From positions 1 through 34,373 of the IMG/VR virus record IMGVR_UViG_2713896907_000006: 34,373 bases of DNA. One strand, written 5' to 3'. Of the stretch, positions 19,356 to 27,840 are shown piece by piece. The number at the start of each line of letters is the position of its first letter. Within the stretch, counting starts at the first letter, position 1. The translations under genes and the position numbers were made by a program. The notes under the pieces are model-generated. The model saw only the letters and a program-made list of their open reading frames with translations. It searched no databases and was not told the origin of the DNA. Source of the DNA: a virus (taxonomy: Duplodnaviria; Heunggongvirae; Uroviricota; Caudoviricetes).

Positions 19356-20153
19356 TTAACCGCGCTTCGCCTTCTGCGTCGCGGTGGTTTTTCGTGTTGC
19401 AGGCTTCCGCGTTGTCTTTTTACTTTTGCTGCTTTCGTCCTGCGCCTGCTGTGCGCTGGCAACTGGTGCGGCTGCGGAATCGGCTTTTTTCAGGGCGCGG
19501 GAAAGGGTTGCAATCTCGCGTTTCACACCTGCGTTCGGGTTCAGGTGCATCGCTTCGCGCAGCTGCTTCAGTGATAAGGCCATGTTGTCTGCATCGGTCA
19601 GACCACGACGGGCAAAGGCGCACGCCTTGCATAATTTGGCGCGCACTTCGTCCGGCATGTCCTGGTCGGTGACAATCTCCCGGAGGGTGTCCAGTGGTTC
19701 GATAAAGGCGGACAAATCCGCGTCGGCATCCGTCCCGGCCTGCGTCAGTACCGGATTGCAGATTTCTTCGGTCAGAACCGTGGCAGCAGTACGGCCAAAG
19801 TTATCCGGCATGATGAGGTTGTGACGGACCACATACGCACCAATACGCAGCGCCAGCGGAAGATCGCCGCAGTCAATCGCCCACACCATCAGCGTGGCAA
19901 TCACTTCATCCTGCTGCCCGCCGTCAGCCTCCAGCGTTCCCTCAATCCAGCCGGAAAAATCCGGCAACAACTCTTTTTTGATGGCGGCTTTCGCGCTTCT
20001 GGCCTGTACGCCCTTAAGCCGGGCCTGTGCCAGACGCAGACGATACAGCACCTCTTCATGCGCGGTACGCGCAGCGTGGTCCACGCCTTCATTCGCCCGG
20101 CCCGCGCGCTGTGCCATCACGTTCTGCCAGTGTTGCTGTGCAGGAGTAATCAT
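19356..20153 (-). CDS. M: Terminase small subunit gpM
   Basis: 265 aa; internal segment and the MPDEVRAKL motif parallel P2 gpM; basic C-terminal tail. Confidence 0.85.
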   Translation of the reverse strand: MITPAQQHWQNVMAQRAGRANEGVDHAARTAHEEVLYRLRLAQARLKGVQARSAKAAIKKELLPDFSGWIEGTLEADGGQQDEVIATLMVWAIDCGDLPLALRIGAYVVRHNLIMPDNFGRTAATVLTEEICNPVLTQAGTDADADLSAFIEPLDTLREIVTDQDMPDEVRAKLCKACAFARRGLTDADNMALSLKQLREAMHLNPNAGVKREIATLSRALKKADSAAAPVASAQQAQDESSKSKKTTRKPATRKTTATQKAKRG

Positions 20154-20170
20154 TTTTTCTCTCCGTTACA

Positions 20171-20196
20171 GGCGGGCANNNNNNNTGATGCCCGCC
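20171..20196. other. Intercistronic hairpin between N and M whose loop contains a run of 7 N (20179-20185)
   Basis: GGCGGGCA - NNNNNNNTGA - TGCCCGCC: the flanks are perfect inverted repeats, so the ambiguous bases fall in a hairpin loop. Followed on the coding strand by GGAGAG and the M start codon. Confidence 0.8.
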
Positions 20197-20205
20197 GTGA
20201 GTTGA

Positions 20206-21258
20206 TTAGCTGTCGGCGAACTTCAGGCCAGTGACCATCGCGCACTTGCCATAGTCTTCAACGACATAAGCGTCATTGATGGACTGGTAGGTGGCGATGC
20301 GGTTGTATTCCGGTTCGTCTTTCATCAGGCGACGCATTGAACCTTTCTGCCAGTAAATCGACAGGTTGTTGAACGAGGTGATCAGCATCGTTGCATCCGG
20401 GAAGAACGGCGCAAGGAACACGCCCAGCCCGCCAATGGTGCGCGATGACAGGATGAGTTGCCCGGCGAGTAATTCCGCATTGGGATTCTGGCCGCTGATG
20501 CTGTTCAGCACGGGCAGACGCAGCGAGTTAAACAGGTTGCGCCCCATAATCACCACGAGGTCGTCAGCTTCCTTGTGCCATTCATCCAGCAGGGATGAGC
20601 GCGCATCCTGTACCAGTGCATCAGCGTTCGCATACTTACCCGCGTGCGCCACGGTGTTGTCCATGTTACGGGAGGTCAGCGTCACGTCATTCATAACGCG
20701 CTCGCTGGCGTCGGTTCTGATGTGCTCCAGCCATCCCACGTTAACGTCCTGAAGCAGCTTGTTGGTGCTGAAGTTGGACTCATCCGCGTGAGACGTGCCG
20801 TTGAAACCGATCATGATGCGGTCAAGCGCCACCTGTCGGGCAATCTGTGCGCTGATGCGGGACTGAAAATCAGGGTGTGCCGACCAGGCATCAAGCTGCG
20901 GATACGAAATAAACGTGTCGTAGTTCACCTGTTCGCACTGGTATTTGCGGTTTTTCAGATCAACCACGTTATTCGGGTTACGGCGTTTTGTTCCGTCATA
21001 ACTGGTATTCGTGCGCGCAATCGGTCCTGTGGTATCCAGGAGGATTTTTTCGCCTTTCTGGTCGGTCACGCCGATCACGTTAATTCTTTTCGTAAATTCG
21101 GTACTTTCCTTTGAGGCGTTTTCAAAACGCTGCTGCACCGAGGGTTCTACGGTAAATCGCGATACCAGTGCAGAAACCGGGATATTGTTAAGCGACGCCT
21201 GCTGCGCCATATAGCAACCCAGCTTGTTGCGGGTAATATCTGACATCACCAGATTCAT
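20206..21258 (-). CDS. N: Major capsid protein gpN
   Basis: 350 aa, size and position match P2 gpN. Confidence 0.9.
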   Translation of the reverse strand: MNLVMSDITRNKLGCYMAQQASLNNIPVSALVSRFTVEPSVQQRFENASKESTEFTKRINVIGVTDQKGEKILLDTTGPIARTNTSYDGTKRRNPNNVVDLKNRKYQCEQVNYDTFISYPQLDAWSAHPDFQSRISAQIARQVALDRIMIGFNGTSHADESNFSTNKLLQDVNVGWLEHIRTDASERVMNDVTLTSRNMDNTVAHAGKYANADALVQDARSSLLDEWHKEADDLVVIMGRNLFNSLRLPVLNSISGQNPNAELLAGQLILSSRTIGGLGVFLAPFFPDATMLITSFNNLSIYWQKGSMRRLMKDEPEYNRIATYQSINDAYVVEDYGKCAMVTGLKFADS

Positions 21259-21281
21259 AAAAAATTTGCTCCTTTGTCTTA

Positions 21282-22118
21282 TCAGAAGTCAGCCAGCTGA
21301 TCGGAGGCTGCGCCTGTTGCGGTGAACCGGTTCTGCGGATCGCCGTCCTGCGTGCGCAGTTTTTCCTTCAGTGCTGCCAGCTCTGTGGTCAGTAAAGTGA
21401 TTTTCTGGCTGTCCTGCTGATGGCGGGTTTCCAGCACATTAAAACGGTCGATAATGTCGGCCTGTGACGTTGCGACACCTTCCACCGCTTCCTGAATACG
21501 GGAGAAACTGACGTCATCCGCTTTGTGGCCACGGCCAATAATCCCCATAACGCGGTTAAACCACTGGGTGCCTTCTTCCTGACGTTGTTCGGTGAGTTCG
21601 ATAAGTTCTGACTCCATAGCGGCGGTAAACATCGCCACGTCTCCCTGCTGACAGTTGAATGTCATCAGTTGCATACGTTGTTGTGCCGCAAAGGCCAGAC
21701 GTTCCGTGCCCAGGCTGGCGGGGGTGTCGGTCATTGCCAGCCCGCGCAGGTAAGGGCCTCCCGTGATGGTTGACTGTGGTTCCAGCTCAATACTGGAGTA
21801 AATTTTTTTACCATCGTTAAGCAGGGACATCATGCGAGCGGTCGGCTCAATTTCGGCATACAGTGCCGTGCGACCTGCCAGCGGGCCATCGGTTATGTCT
21901 TCGGTGCTCAACCCCACAACATCGCCCATAGCGGAAAACTCGCTACCGGGGAGTGGTGACAGGATGTGCTCAATATTCACACGTGCACCATAAACGGACG
22001 GGTTATAACTGGTGGCGGCAGCTTTCAGCATGTCGCCGTTGATTTCGCGCCCGTCTGCCGTTACACCGGAGACAGCCACGCGAAACTTTTTGCGGGTTGT
22101 TGATTTTTCATTAGCCAT
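21282..22118 (-). CDS. O: Capsid scaffolding protein gpO
   Basis: Position and length match P2 gpO. Start chosen at the internal ATG at 22118 (MANEKSTTRKKFRV); the ORF track extends to 22151. Confidence 0.85.
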   Translation of the reverse strand: MANEKSTTRKKFRVAVSGVTADGREINGDMLKAAATSYNPSVYGARVNIEHILSPLPGSEFSAMGDVVGLSTEDITDGPLAGRTALYAEIEPTARMMSLLNDGKKIYSSIELEPQSTITGGPYLRGLAMTDTPASLGTERLAFAAQQRMQLMTFNCQQGDVAMFTAAMESELIELTEQRQEEGTQWFNRVMGIIGRGHKADDVSFSRIQEAVEGVATSQADIIDRFNVLETRHQQDSQKITLLTTELAALKEKLRTQDGDPQNRFTATGAASDQLADF

Positions 22119-22272
22119 AGTTTTTGCCCCTCTGACTGGTCCTTCAGTCATGATGGCAAAGCGTAACAGGCTGATACAAAGGGCTTTTGTTGTAAGAAAA
22201 CGGCCAGAACAGGGGGTTAAGGAGAACGGTTTCGCGCGCGGGTAATCTTCCTGTAATTACTCAGGGGGAGCA
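22119..22272. promoter_or_regulatory. Divergent O/P intergenic region, presumed late promoter pair
   Basis: 154-bp gap between divergent capsid (O) and terminase (P) genes, as in P2. Assigned by position; no exact Ogr-site match found. Confidence 0.45.
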
Positions 22273-24024
22273 ATGATTCAGGACGCTTTTGTGCGCCAGC
22301 GTGCGCGACAACTTTACTGGCAGGGTTATCCGCCCGCAGAAATATCACGTCTGATGGGAATAAACCCGAACACGATTTATGCGTGGAAAAAACGCGACCA
22401 GTGGGATGAAGCGCCACCCGTGCAGCGTGTCACGCAGTCCATCGATGCGCGCCTCATCCAGCTTACTGAAAAACAGAATAAAACAGGTGGTGACTTCAAG
22501 GAAATAGACCTGCTGACCCGGCAGCTTAAAAAACTGCATGATGGCCAGCCGGATGCGACGGCCACAGGAAAGAAAGGCCGGGCGAAAAAACTTAAAAATC
22601 ATTTCACGCCGGAACAGATTGCCGCACTGCGGGAAAAAATCATCAGCAGGCTGGAGTGGCATCAGCGGGGCTGGTTTGACTCCCTGACCCTTTGCAGGGA
22701 AGCCGGGATACGTAACAGGATGATCCTGAAATCCCGACAGATTGGGGCGACCTGGTATTTTGCACAGGAAGCGCTGCTGATGGCGCTGCGTGACGATGTG
22801 GCGCAACCTTACCAGCGTAACCAGATTTTTTTGTCTGCGTCGCGTCGTCAGGCGTTCCAGTTTAAAAGCATTATTCAGAAGGCCGCGGCTGAAGTTGATG
22901 TGGAGCTGAAAGGGGGCGATAAAATCATCCTCTCCAACGGCGCAGAGCTGCATTTTCTCGGCACTTCTGCTGCGTCGGCACAGTCCTATACGGGCAATTT
23001 TTATTTTGATGAATTTTTCTGGGTCAGTCGCTTTGCTGAACTGCGCAAGGTGGCTGGCGCTATGGCAACCCTCAGCGGACTGCGGCGCACCTACTTCTCC
23101 ACGCCATCCACCGAAACGCACGAGGCATACGCCTACTGGAACGGCGACCGCTGGAACGAGAAAAAGGCCACGCATAAACGCCAGCGTTTTTCTGTGGACT
23201 GGGAAACGCTGCATAACGGGCTTATCTGCCCTGACCGGACGTGGCGGCAGATTGTCACGCTGGAAGATGTGGTTAATCACGGCTGGAAACACACCGATAT
23301 TGACGAAATTCGTGATGAAAACACCGAAGACGAGTTCCTCAATCTCTATATGTGTGAGTTTGTCCGCGAAGGGGAATCGGCATTTAACCTGAATATCCTG
23401 ATTGGCTGCGGTGTTGACGGATACGACGACTGGAAAGACTGGAAACCTTTTGCTCCCCGCCCGATGGGGAATCGTCCGGTATGGATTGGGTATGACGCAA
23501 ACGGCAGCAGTGGCAACGGCGACAGCGGCGCTGTGTCCGTGGTGGTTCCTCCGTCTGTTCCTGGTGGCCGTTTTCGAACGGTGGAGACGCGACGCGTTCA
23601 GGGGCTGGAGTTTGAAGAACAGGCCAGAGTCATTGAAGAGTTCACGTGCCGCTACAACGTGGAACACATCGGCATTGATGTGACGGGCGGGAACGGGGAG
23701 GCTGTTTATCAGATAGTGAAACGGTTTTTCCCTGCCGCTATTCCGTACACCTTCACGCTGTCATCAAAACGGTCGCTGGTACTGAAAATGCTGCAAATAA
23801 TGCGTGCCGGACGGTGGGAATACGATCGCGCCGAACGCGAGCTGGTCGCGGCCTTTAACGCCGTGCGTAAGGTGAAAACACCGGGCGGCTTTATCACTTA
23901 CGAAACGGACCGCGCGAGGGGGATCAGCCACGGCGACCTTGCGTGGGCAACCATGCTTGCTGTCATTAACGAACCAATTGGCGGCGAAGGAGAAAACGAG
24001 CGTTTCACGGTTATGGAGTTCTGA
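22273..24024 (+). CDS. P: Terminase large (ATPase) subunit gpP
   Basis: 583 aa, size and position match P2 gpP. Confidence 0.9.
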   Translation: MIQDAFVRQRARQLYWQGYPPAEISRLMGINPNTIYAWKKRDQWDEAPPVQRVTQSIDARLIQLTEKQNKTGGDFKEIDLLTRQLKKLHDGQPDATATGKKGRAKKLKNHFTPEQIAALREKIISRLEWHQRGWFDSLTLCREAGIRNRMILKSRQIGATWYFAQEALLMALRDDVAQPYQRNQIFLSASRRQAFQFKSIIQKAAAEVDVELKGGDKIILSNGAELHFLGTSAASAQSYTGNFYFDEFFWVSRFAELRKVAGAMATLSGLRRTYFSTPSTETHEAYAYWNGDRWNEKKATHKRQRFSVDWETLHNGLICPDRTWRQIVTLEDVVNHGWKHTDIDEIRDENTEDEFLNLYMCEFVREGESAFNLNILIGCGVDGYDDWKDWKPFAPRPMGNRPVWIGYDANGSSGNGDSGAVSVVVPPSVPGGRFRTVETRRVQGLEFEEQARVIEEFTCRYNVEHIGIDVTGGNGEAVYQIVKRFFPAAIPYTFTLSSKRSLVLKMLQIMRAGRWEYDRAERELVAAFNAVRKVKTPGGFITYETDRARGISHGDLAWATMLAVINEPIGGEGENERFTVMEF

Positions 24025-25070
24025 TGAGCAGAAAAAATAAAAAAGTGCGCATGAGTTCACGCATTGATCTCGCTGATGCGCTCAGGAAAGAATCGTCGCT
24101 CAGTGCATTCACATTTGACGGCCCTTATCGCCTGACCGGGCATGATTTGCTGGACAATATGTACTGTGCTGATAACGGGCGGTGGTATGAAACCCCGGTG
24201 GACTGGTACGGTCTGGCAAGAGCCGCCCGGCAAACGTCCTGGCATCAGTCTGCGCTTTACTTTAAGCGCAATGTATTGCTCGGCTGCTATATTCCGCACC
24301 CGCTGCTTTCCCGACAGGATTTCTCGGCGCTGGCGCTGGACTGGTTTGTGTTCGGTAACGCATTCCTTGAGCTTCGAAGCAATATGCTCGGCGAACCGCT
24401 TAAATTACGGCACGCCCTGGCGAAATACATGCGACGCGGAAGTGATCTTGAATCATGGTGGTATGTGCAGGATGGCAAGGATGCGTTTCAGTTTCGCCCA
24501 GGCAAAGTGTGCCACCTGATGAACCCGGATATTAACCAGGAAATCTACGGCATGCCGGAATATCTCGGTGCATTACTCTCGGCCAGTCTTTCCCATTCGG
24601 CGGACATGTTCAGAAAACTGTATTACGACAACGGATCCCACGCCGGGTGCATCATCTACATCGGTGCAGCGCAGGTAAACCGCGAAAGCATGGACTCCCT
24701 GAAAGAAACGCTACAGGGTGCGCGTGGTGGTGGTGCATTTAAAAATGTGCTCATTCATGCGCCCAACGGGGGCAAAGAGGGTGTGCAAATTTTGCCGTTC
24801 CAGCAGATCACCGCAAAGGATGAGTTCATGAATGTTAAGGCTGCATCCCGTGATGATGTGCTGGCTGCGCACCGCGTTCCACCGCAACTGATGGGGGCGA
24901 TGCCGGGCGAAAAAAGTGCGTTTGGTGATGTGGAGAAGGCCGCGCGGGTTTACGCAATTAACGAGCTGATGCCCGTCATGGAGGCCATGAAGCACATCAA
25001 TGACTGGCTGGGCGAAGAGGTGATCCGCTTTAACCCTTACGCACTGTTAGACCCCCAGCCCACATCCTGA
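24024..25070 (+). CDS. Q: Portal protein gpQ
   Basis: 348 aa, start overlapping the P stop; matches P2 gpQ in size and position. Confidence 0.9.
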   Translation: MSRKNKKVRMSSRIDLADALRKESSLSAFTFDGPYRLTGHDLLDNMYCADNGRWYETPVDWYGLARAARQTSWHQSALYFKRNVLLGCYIPHPLLSRQDFSALALDWFVFGNAFLELRSNMLGEPLKLRHALAKYMRRGSDLESWWYVQDGKDAFQFRPGKVCHLMNPDINQEIYGMPEYLGALLSASLSHSADMFRKLYYDNGSHAGCIIYIGAAQVNRESMDSLKETLQGARGGGAFKNVLIHAPNGGKEGVQILPFQQITAKDEFMNVKAASRDDVLAAHRVPPQLMGAMPGEKSAFGDVEKAARVYAINELMPVMEAMKHINDWLGEEVIRFNPYALLDPQPTS

Positions 25071-25546
25071 CGCGCTTCGCTTGTCTGCTGCTTCGCCTGG
25101 GCATAAAAAATTTATGCCCCGACTCTCCAGCTCCTGTATCAATCAGATAATTTCACGACGCCTTCCAGCTTATTGCCATCATCGACGGTCAGGCTCTTAC
25201 GCAATCCCACCGCGTTGACTGCATGTTCCTGCCGCCTCAGTGCGATTTTGGCGGCCTTATCTGTTCAAAAGCCCTTACGTCTTTTTCACACTCAGCGTGA
25301 GAAATACAGCCATTCTGTTGTGTCGCTGCGACATCGTTCAGGGAATGCTATTTACCCCCTGAAACGCGGGCTGTTCCCCCGTCACCTGCGCGCAGAAAAA
25401 ACGCGTTTTTTTGTGCATGCACGGATCCTTGACGGATCCAGCCGCCATGCGGGCCGGAAGGGCAAAAAGTCATTCAAAAAAATTGTGCAAATTTGTGCAC
25501 TATTGTGCATTGAAATAAACGCCCTGGGGGAGGGCGTTTTGCTCAT
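25071..25546. other. Non-coding region expected to contain cos (not pinpointed)
   Basis: In P2 cos lies between Q and the accessory tin/old region. This gap contains a 9-bp hairpin (25099-25119), AAAAAACGCGTTTTTT and GGATCC-TTGAC-GGATCC palindromes, three phased TTGTGCA repeats and a GC hairpin. No exact P2/186 cohesive-end sequence was recognised. Confidence 0.4.
25483..25509. repeat. Three direct TTGTGCA repeats spaced exactly 10 bp apart
   Basis: TTGTGCA begins at 25483, 25493 and 25503. Confidence 0.8.
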
Positions 25547-25810
25547 CTATTTATAGCCCTGCCCCTTACTGGCCAGCGCCCTGATGGCAGGGCGTGCCAA
25601 CACCATATTTTGGCAATGATGAATTGCCCGGCAAAATTCATCTCTACCCATTGGATGCTCAACTGGCAATGTTAAATACAGGTTCCATGCATCGCCTAAA
25701 AGTTGGGCTATCTTTTGTTCTTCAGATGTCAGCAAGCAAGCGGTATCCGTAAAATAATCATACTTTTCATGTATGTTATTTAACGGCTTTTTCTTAGTGG
25801 TATCGGTCAT
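25547..25810 (-). CDS. Hypothetical small protein (87 aa)
   Basis: ORF translationally coupled to the upstream gene; contains an HP...EF...IH..Q pattern. No confident family assignment. Confidence 0.55.
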   Translation of the reverse strand: MTDTTKKKPLNNIHEKYDYFTDTACLLTSEEQKIAQLLGDAWNLYLTLPVEHPMGRDEFCRAIHHCQNMVLARPAIRALASKGQGYK

Positions 25811-26121
25811 TGAGTCAACTTAATAGCAAATACTTTTACTGGCTCTGGTCCAAAATGTGGATGTGTTATCACCTTGATCTCATATCCCCCATATGGAACA
25901 TCAATTCTGCGGCTTAAATCGTCGCGTTTCGGATACCCCTTAGTAATAATCAATCGATCATAGCTCTTATCCAATATACGGCGAGACCAGTATGAATTAA
26001 CCAGGCGATACTCTTCCGTTTTCTCTCCGCGAATCATGGCATCGAAGTATTCACCTTTGACGGCAAGTTGCAGGTTAGCCACGGTTAACCTCCTGCGGCG
26101 GCTCTGCAGCAAAATACTCAA
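25807..26121 (-). CDS. ASCH/PUA-like domain protein (DUF3850-like)
   Basis: LAVKGEYFDAMIRGEKTEEYR resembles the N-terminal signature of ASCH/DUF3850 proteins; about 100 aa. Confidence 0.55.
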   Translation of the reverse strand: MSILLQSRRRRLTVANLQLAVKGEYFDAMIRGEKTEEYRLVNSYWSRRILDKSYDRLIITKGYPKRDDLSRRIDVPYGGYEIKVITHPHFGPEPVKVFAIKLTQ

Positions 26122-26407
26122 TACCTTTATCCCAGATGGATTTTATGGTCGTCCATGTGACTGGTACTTTAATTTCAATTCTCCCGCTCCCGTCACAGGT
26201 TTCGCAATCATCATCGCCAAAACATTCCGGGCAGTTTATAAACGTAGTTTCTGAAAACTCACCGGATAGCACACCCTTAGCGCCGTTCTCAACGGTTAGT
26301 CTCCTCGGTACCATAACCCAACCATCTGGAGTTACCGGAGAGTTGCCCGATGGCGCGTTCAACTTGGTGATTTTACGTTGTAACCATTCTTTGGTAATGG
26401 TGGACAT
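26075..26407 (-). CDS. Small zinc-finger protein with DnaJ-type CxxCxGxG motif
   Basis: Start at the ATG at 26407 preceded by AGGAG; contains CPEC...CETCDGSG. 110 aa. Confidence 0.6.
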   Translation of the reverse strand: MSTITKEWLQRKITKLNAPSGNSPVTPDGWVMVPRRLTVENGAKGVLSGEFSETTFINCPECFGDDDCETCDGSGRIEIKVPVTWTTIKSIWDKGIEYFAAEPPQEVNRG

Positions 26408-26421
26408 AGTTGCTCCTGTTT

Positions 26422-26736
26422 TCACTCCGGGAAAAACGCTTGAATATTTTTTTTCATTTGTTGCATGGTTCCTTCGCTGTTCGTTGCTGATTGTGTTGTT
26501 TTTTCTGGCTGTGCTGGCAGTAACGACATCCTGATTTCGTCTTCTGACCATTCTGCCAGCGAGTACGCCAGAGCGGGGGCTCGTTTTATGAGTGACAGTC
26601 CGGCCAAAAAGGCCGCGCGTTGTGCGCGGCTGCGTTCTGAGGCTGGCAGGCTGTCTAGGTAACTGCACGCCTCCTGCTCACTCTTGACGGCGGCTGGCTT
26701 CAGATAGAAACTTATCCGCCTGGTTGGTGTGGTCAT
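26422..26736 (-). CDS. parR: ParR-like partition adaptor (plasmid R1 ParR/StbB family)
   Basis: MTTPTRRISFYLKPAAV...LDSLPASERSRAQRAAFLAGLSL aligns by eye with R1 ParR (RRTIAFKLNP...LDSIPQGERSRLNRAALTAGLAL). Start codon overlaps the parM stop. Confidence 0.8.
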   Translation of the reverse strand: MTTPTRRISFYLKPAAVKSEQEACSYLDSLPASERSRAQRAAFLAGLSLIKRAPALAYSLAEWSEDEIRMSLLPAQPEKTTQSATNSEGTMQQMKKNIQAFFPE

Positions 26737-26740
26737 TGGT

Positions 26741-27700
26741 TTACTCCTTGTCCATTGCGTACAACCCATTAACCAGAGCAAACTGTGGCACTCCGTCCGC
26801 GATGAAAGTCGCATTAACTCCGCAGGCTTCGCGGATAGCGGGTGCCACAATCTCCGCCCCTCCACCGACAACCATCACCCGCCCGTAACCGGAAAAACCC
26901 GCCAGCGCGCGGATCACGCGTTGTTTCAGTGTTTCTTCCTTTTCACGAATCACCGCCATCAGGCTGGCGTAATGCGCGTCATTGTGGATGTGCTGGCGCA
27001 GCCAGGCTTCATCGTGGCGATGTTCGATAATAGTATTGGCGATGTGGTGACTGGTGCGCATACCGTTAGTGGCCATCACCGACAGTACGGCATCGGCCAT
27101 CAGAGAAACGCCTACGTGTGGATCGCAAAACACCTGGCTGATACCTGCCAGTTGCCCCTGAACCTTTGCCACATCCAGCGTGGTTCCGCCCAAATCCACA
27201 ATCAGCAGGGATTCAAACGGACTCATGTCAGCCAGTGCTTTAAAGCCAGCCGGAATGGATTCAGGCATAACCCGCACGTTACGGATAGTGAATGCCTCAC
27301 CGTTCTGGTACTCCACCGGGCGCATGACGTTCGCTTTTTTGCGGTTGATGTTGGCCATGTCCGGCTGTGCGTTTGTGTCGAAATATTCGCTCAGTGGCAG
27401 GGTGACAACCACATCTACTTCCTGTGGTGTGATGCCTGATTTGACCAGTGCGTGGTGAATGGCGATTACATTCACATCGCTGTACTGGTATTGCGTGTCG
27501 GTCGTCTGGACAAAGCGATCGCTGACCGGATCAAAACCATAGCGCACGCCATCAAGCATGTAGTTCGCAGGCTGCGAGCCACCGAATGGCGCAGACCATT
27601 CCGACTTGAAGCTGTTCGGGCTGATGGCGTTGCGGCGTTCGCCGTTCTCACTCCATGCCAGCTTGATGTTGGTGGAGCCGTCGTCGATACAAATTTTCAT
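26741..27700 (-). CDS. parM: ParM-like actin-type partition ATPase (plasmid R1 ParM/StbA family)
   Basis: MKICIDDGSTNIKLAW...ISPNSFKSEW...YQYSDVNVIAIHHAL...VMPESIPAGF...LLIVDLGGTTLDV...VMVVGGGAE closely parallels R1 ParM along the whole length. Confidence 0.9.
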   Translation of the reverse strand: MKICIDDGSTNIKLAWSENGERRNAISPNSFKSEWSAPFGGSQPANYMLDGVRYGFDPVSDRFVQTTDTQYQYSDVNVIAIHHALVKSGITPQEVDVVVTLPLSEYFDTNAQPDMANINRKKANVMRPVEYQNGEAFTIRNVRVMPESIPAGFKALADMSPFESLLIVDLGGTTLDVAKVQGQLAGISQVFCDPHVGVSLMADAVLSVMATNGMRTSHHIANTIIEHRHDEAWLRQHIHNDAHYASLMAVIREKEETLKQRVIRALAGFSGYGRVMVVGGGAEIVAPAIREACGVNATFIADGVPQFALVNGLYAMDKE

Positions 27701-27730
27701 GTCGATTTTCCTTATGTTGATTAATTAACC

Positions 27731-27840
27731 GTTTACGGGATTCTGAAATCCCGCTTTTGCCTGTTTTGTGCGCGCTTCATATTTCGCGGCGCGTTTTTTG
27801 CTCATTTACGGGATTTGTGAATCCCGTTTCTGTCTGTTTT
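27731..27840. repeat. Two copies of an approximately 40-bp element, each containing a CGGGATT-N4-AATCCCG hairpin followed by a T-rich tract
   Basis: Copy 1 hairpin 27736-27753, copy 2 hairpin 27809-27826; both are preceded by TTTACGGGA and followed by CTGTTTT. They straddle the gene A stop codon, just upstream of parM. Confidence 0.75.

Noticed and set aside
18941-19672. 243-aa + strand ORF across the L-M region
   Set aside because: Low-complexity Arg/Ser-rich antisense frame overlapping two well-supported head genes.
22345-23667. 440-aa ORF on the minus strand inside terminase gene P
   Set aside because: Antisense shadow ORF in a GC-rich gene; the + strand product matches P2 gpP throughout.
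25423-25439. GGATCC-TTGAC-GGATCC palindrome and nearby AAAAAACGCGTTTTTT palindrome as specific regulatory sites
   Set aside because: Noted as structure within the putative cos region, but no basis to assign a function; kept only as part of the cos-region description.
25071-25546. Exact P2/186-type 19-nt cohesive-end sequence
   Set aside because: Searched by eye for GGCGAGGCGGGGAAAGCAC-like sequence; only loosely G-rich candidates were found (around 25371-25390 and 25448-25468), so cos is not called precisely.
25173-25556. 127-aa + strand ORF in the putative cos region
   Set aside because: No ribosome-binding site or family resemblance; the region is better explained as non-coding packaging or regulatory DNA.
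26729-27439. 236-aa + strand ORF overlapping parM
   Set aside because: Antisense to a gene with clear ParM homology; no independent support.
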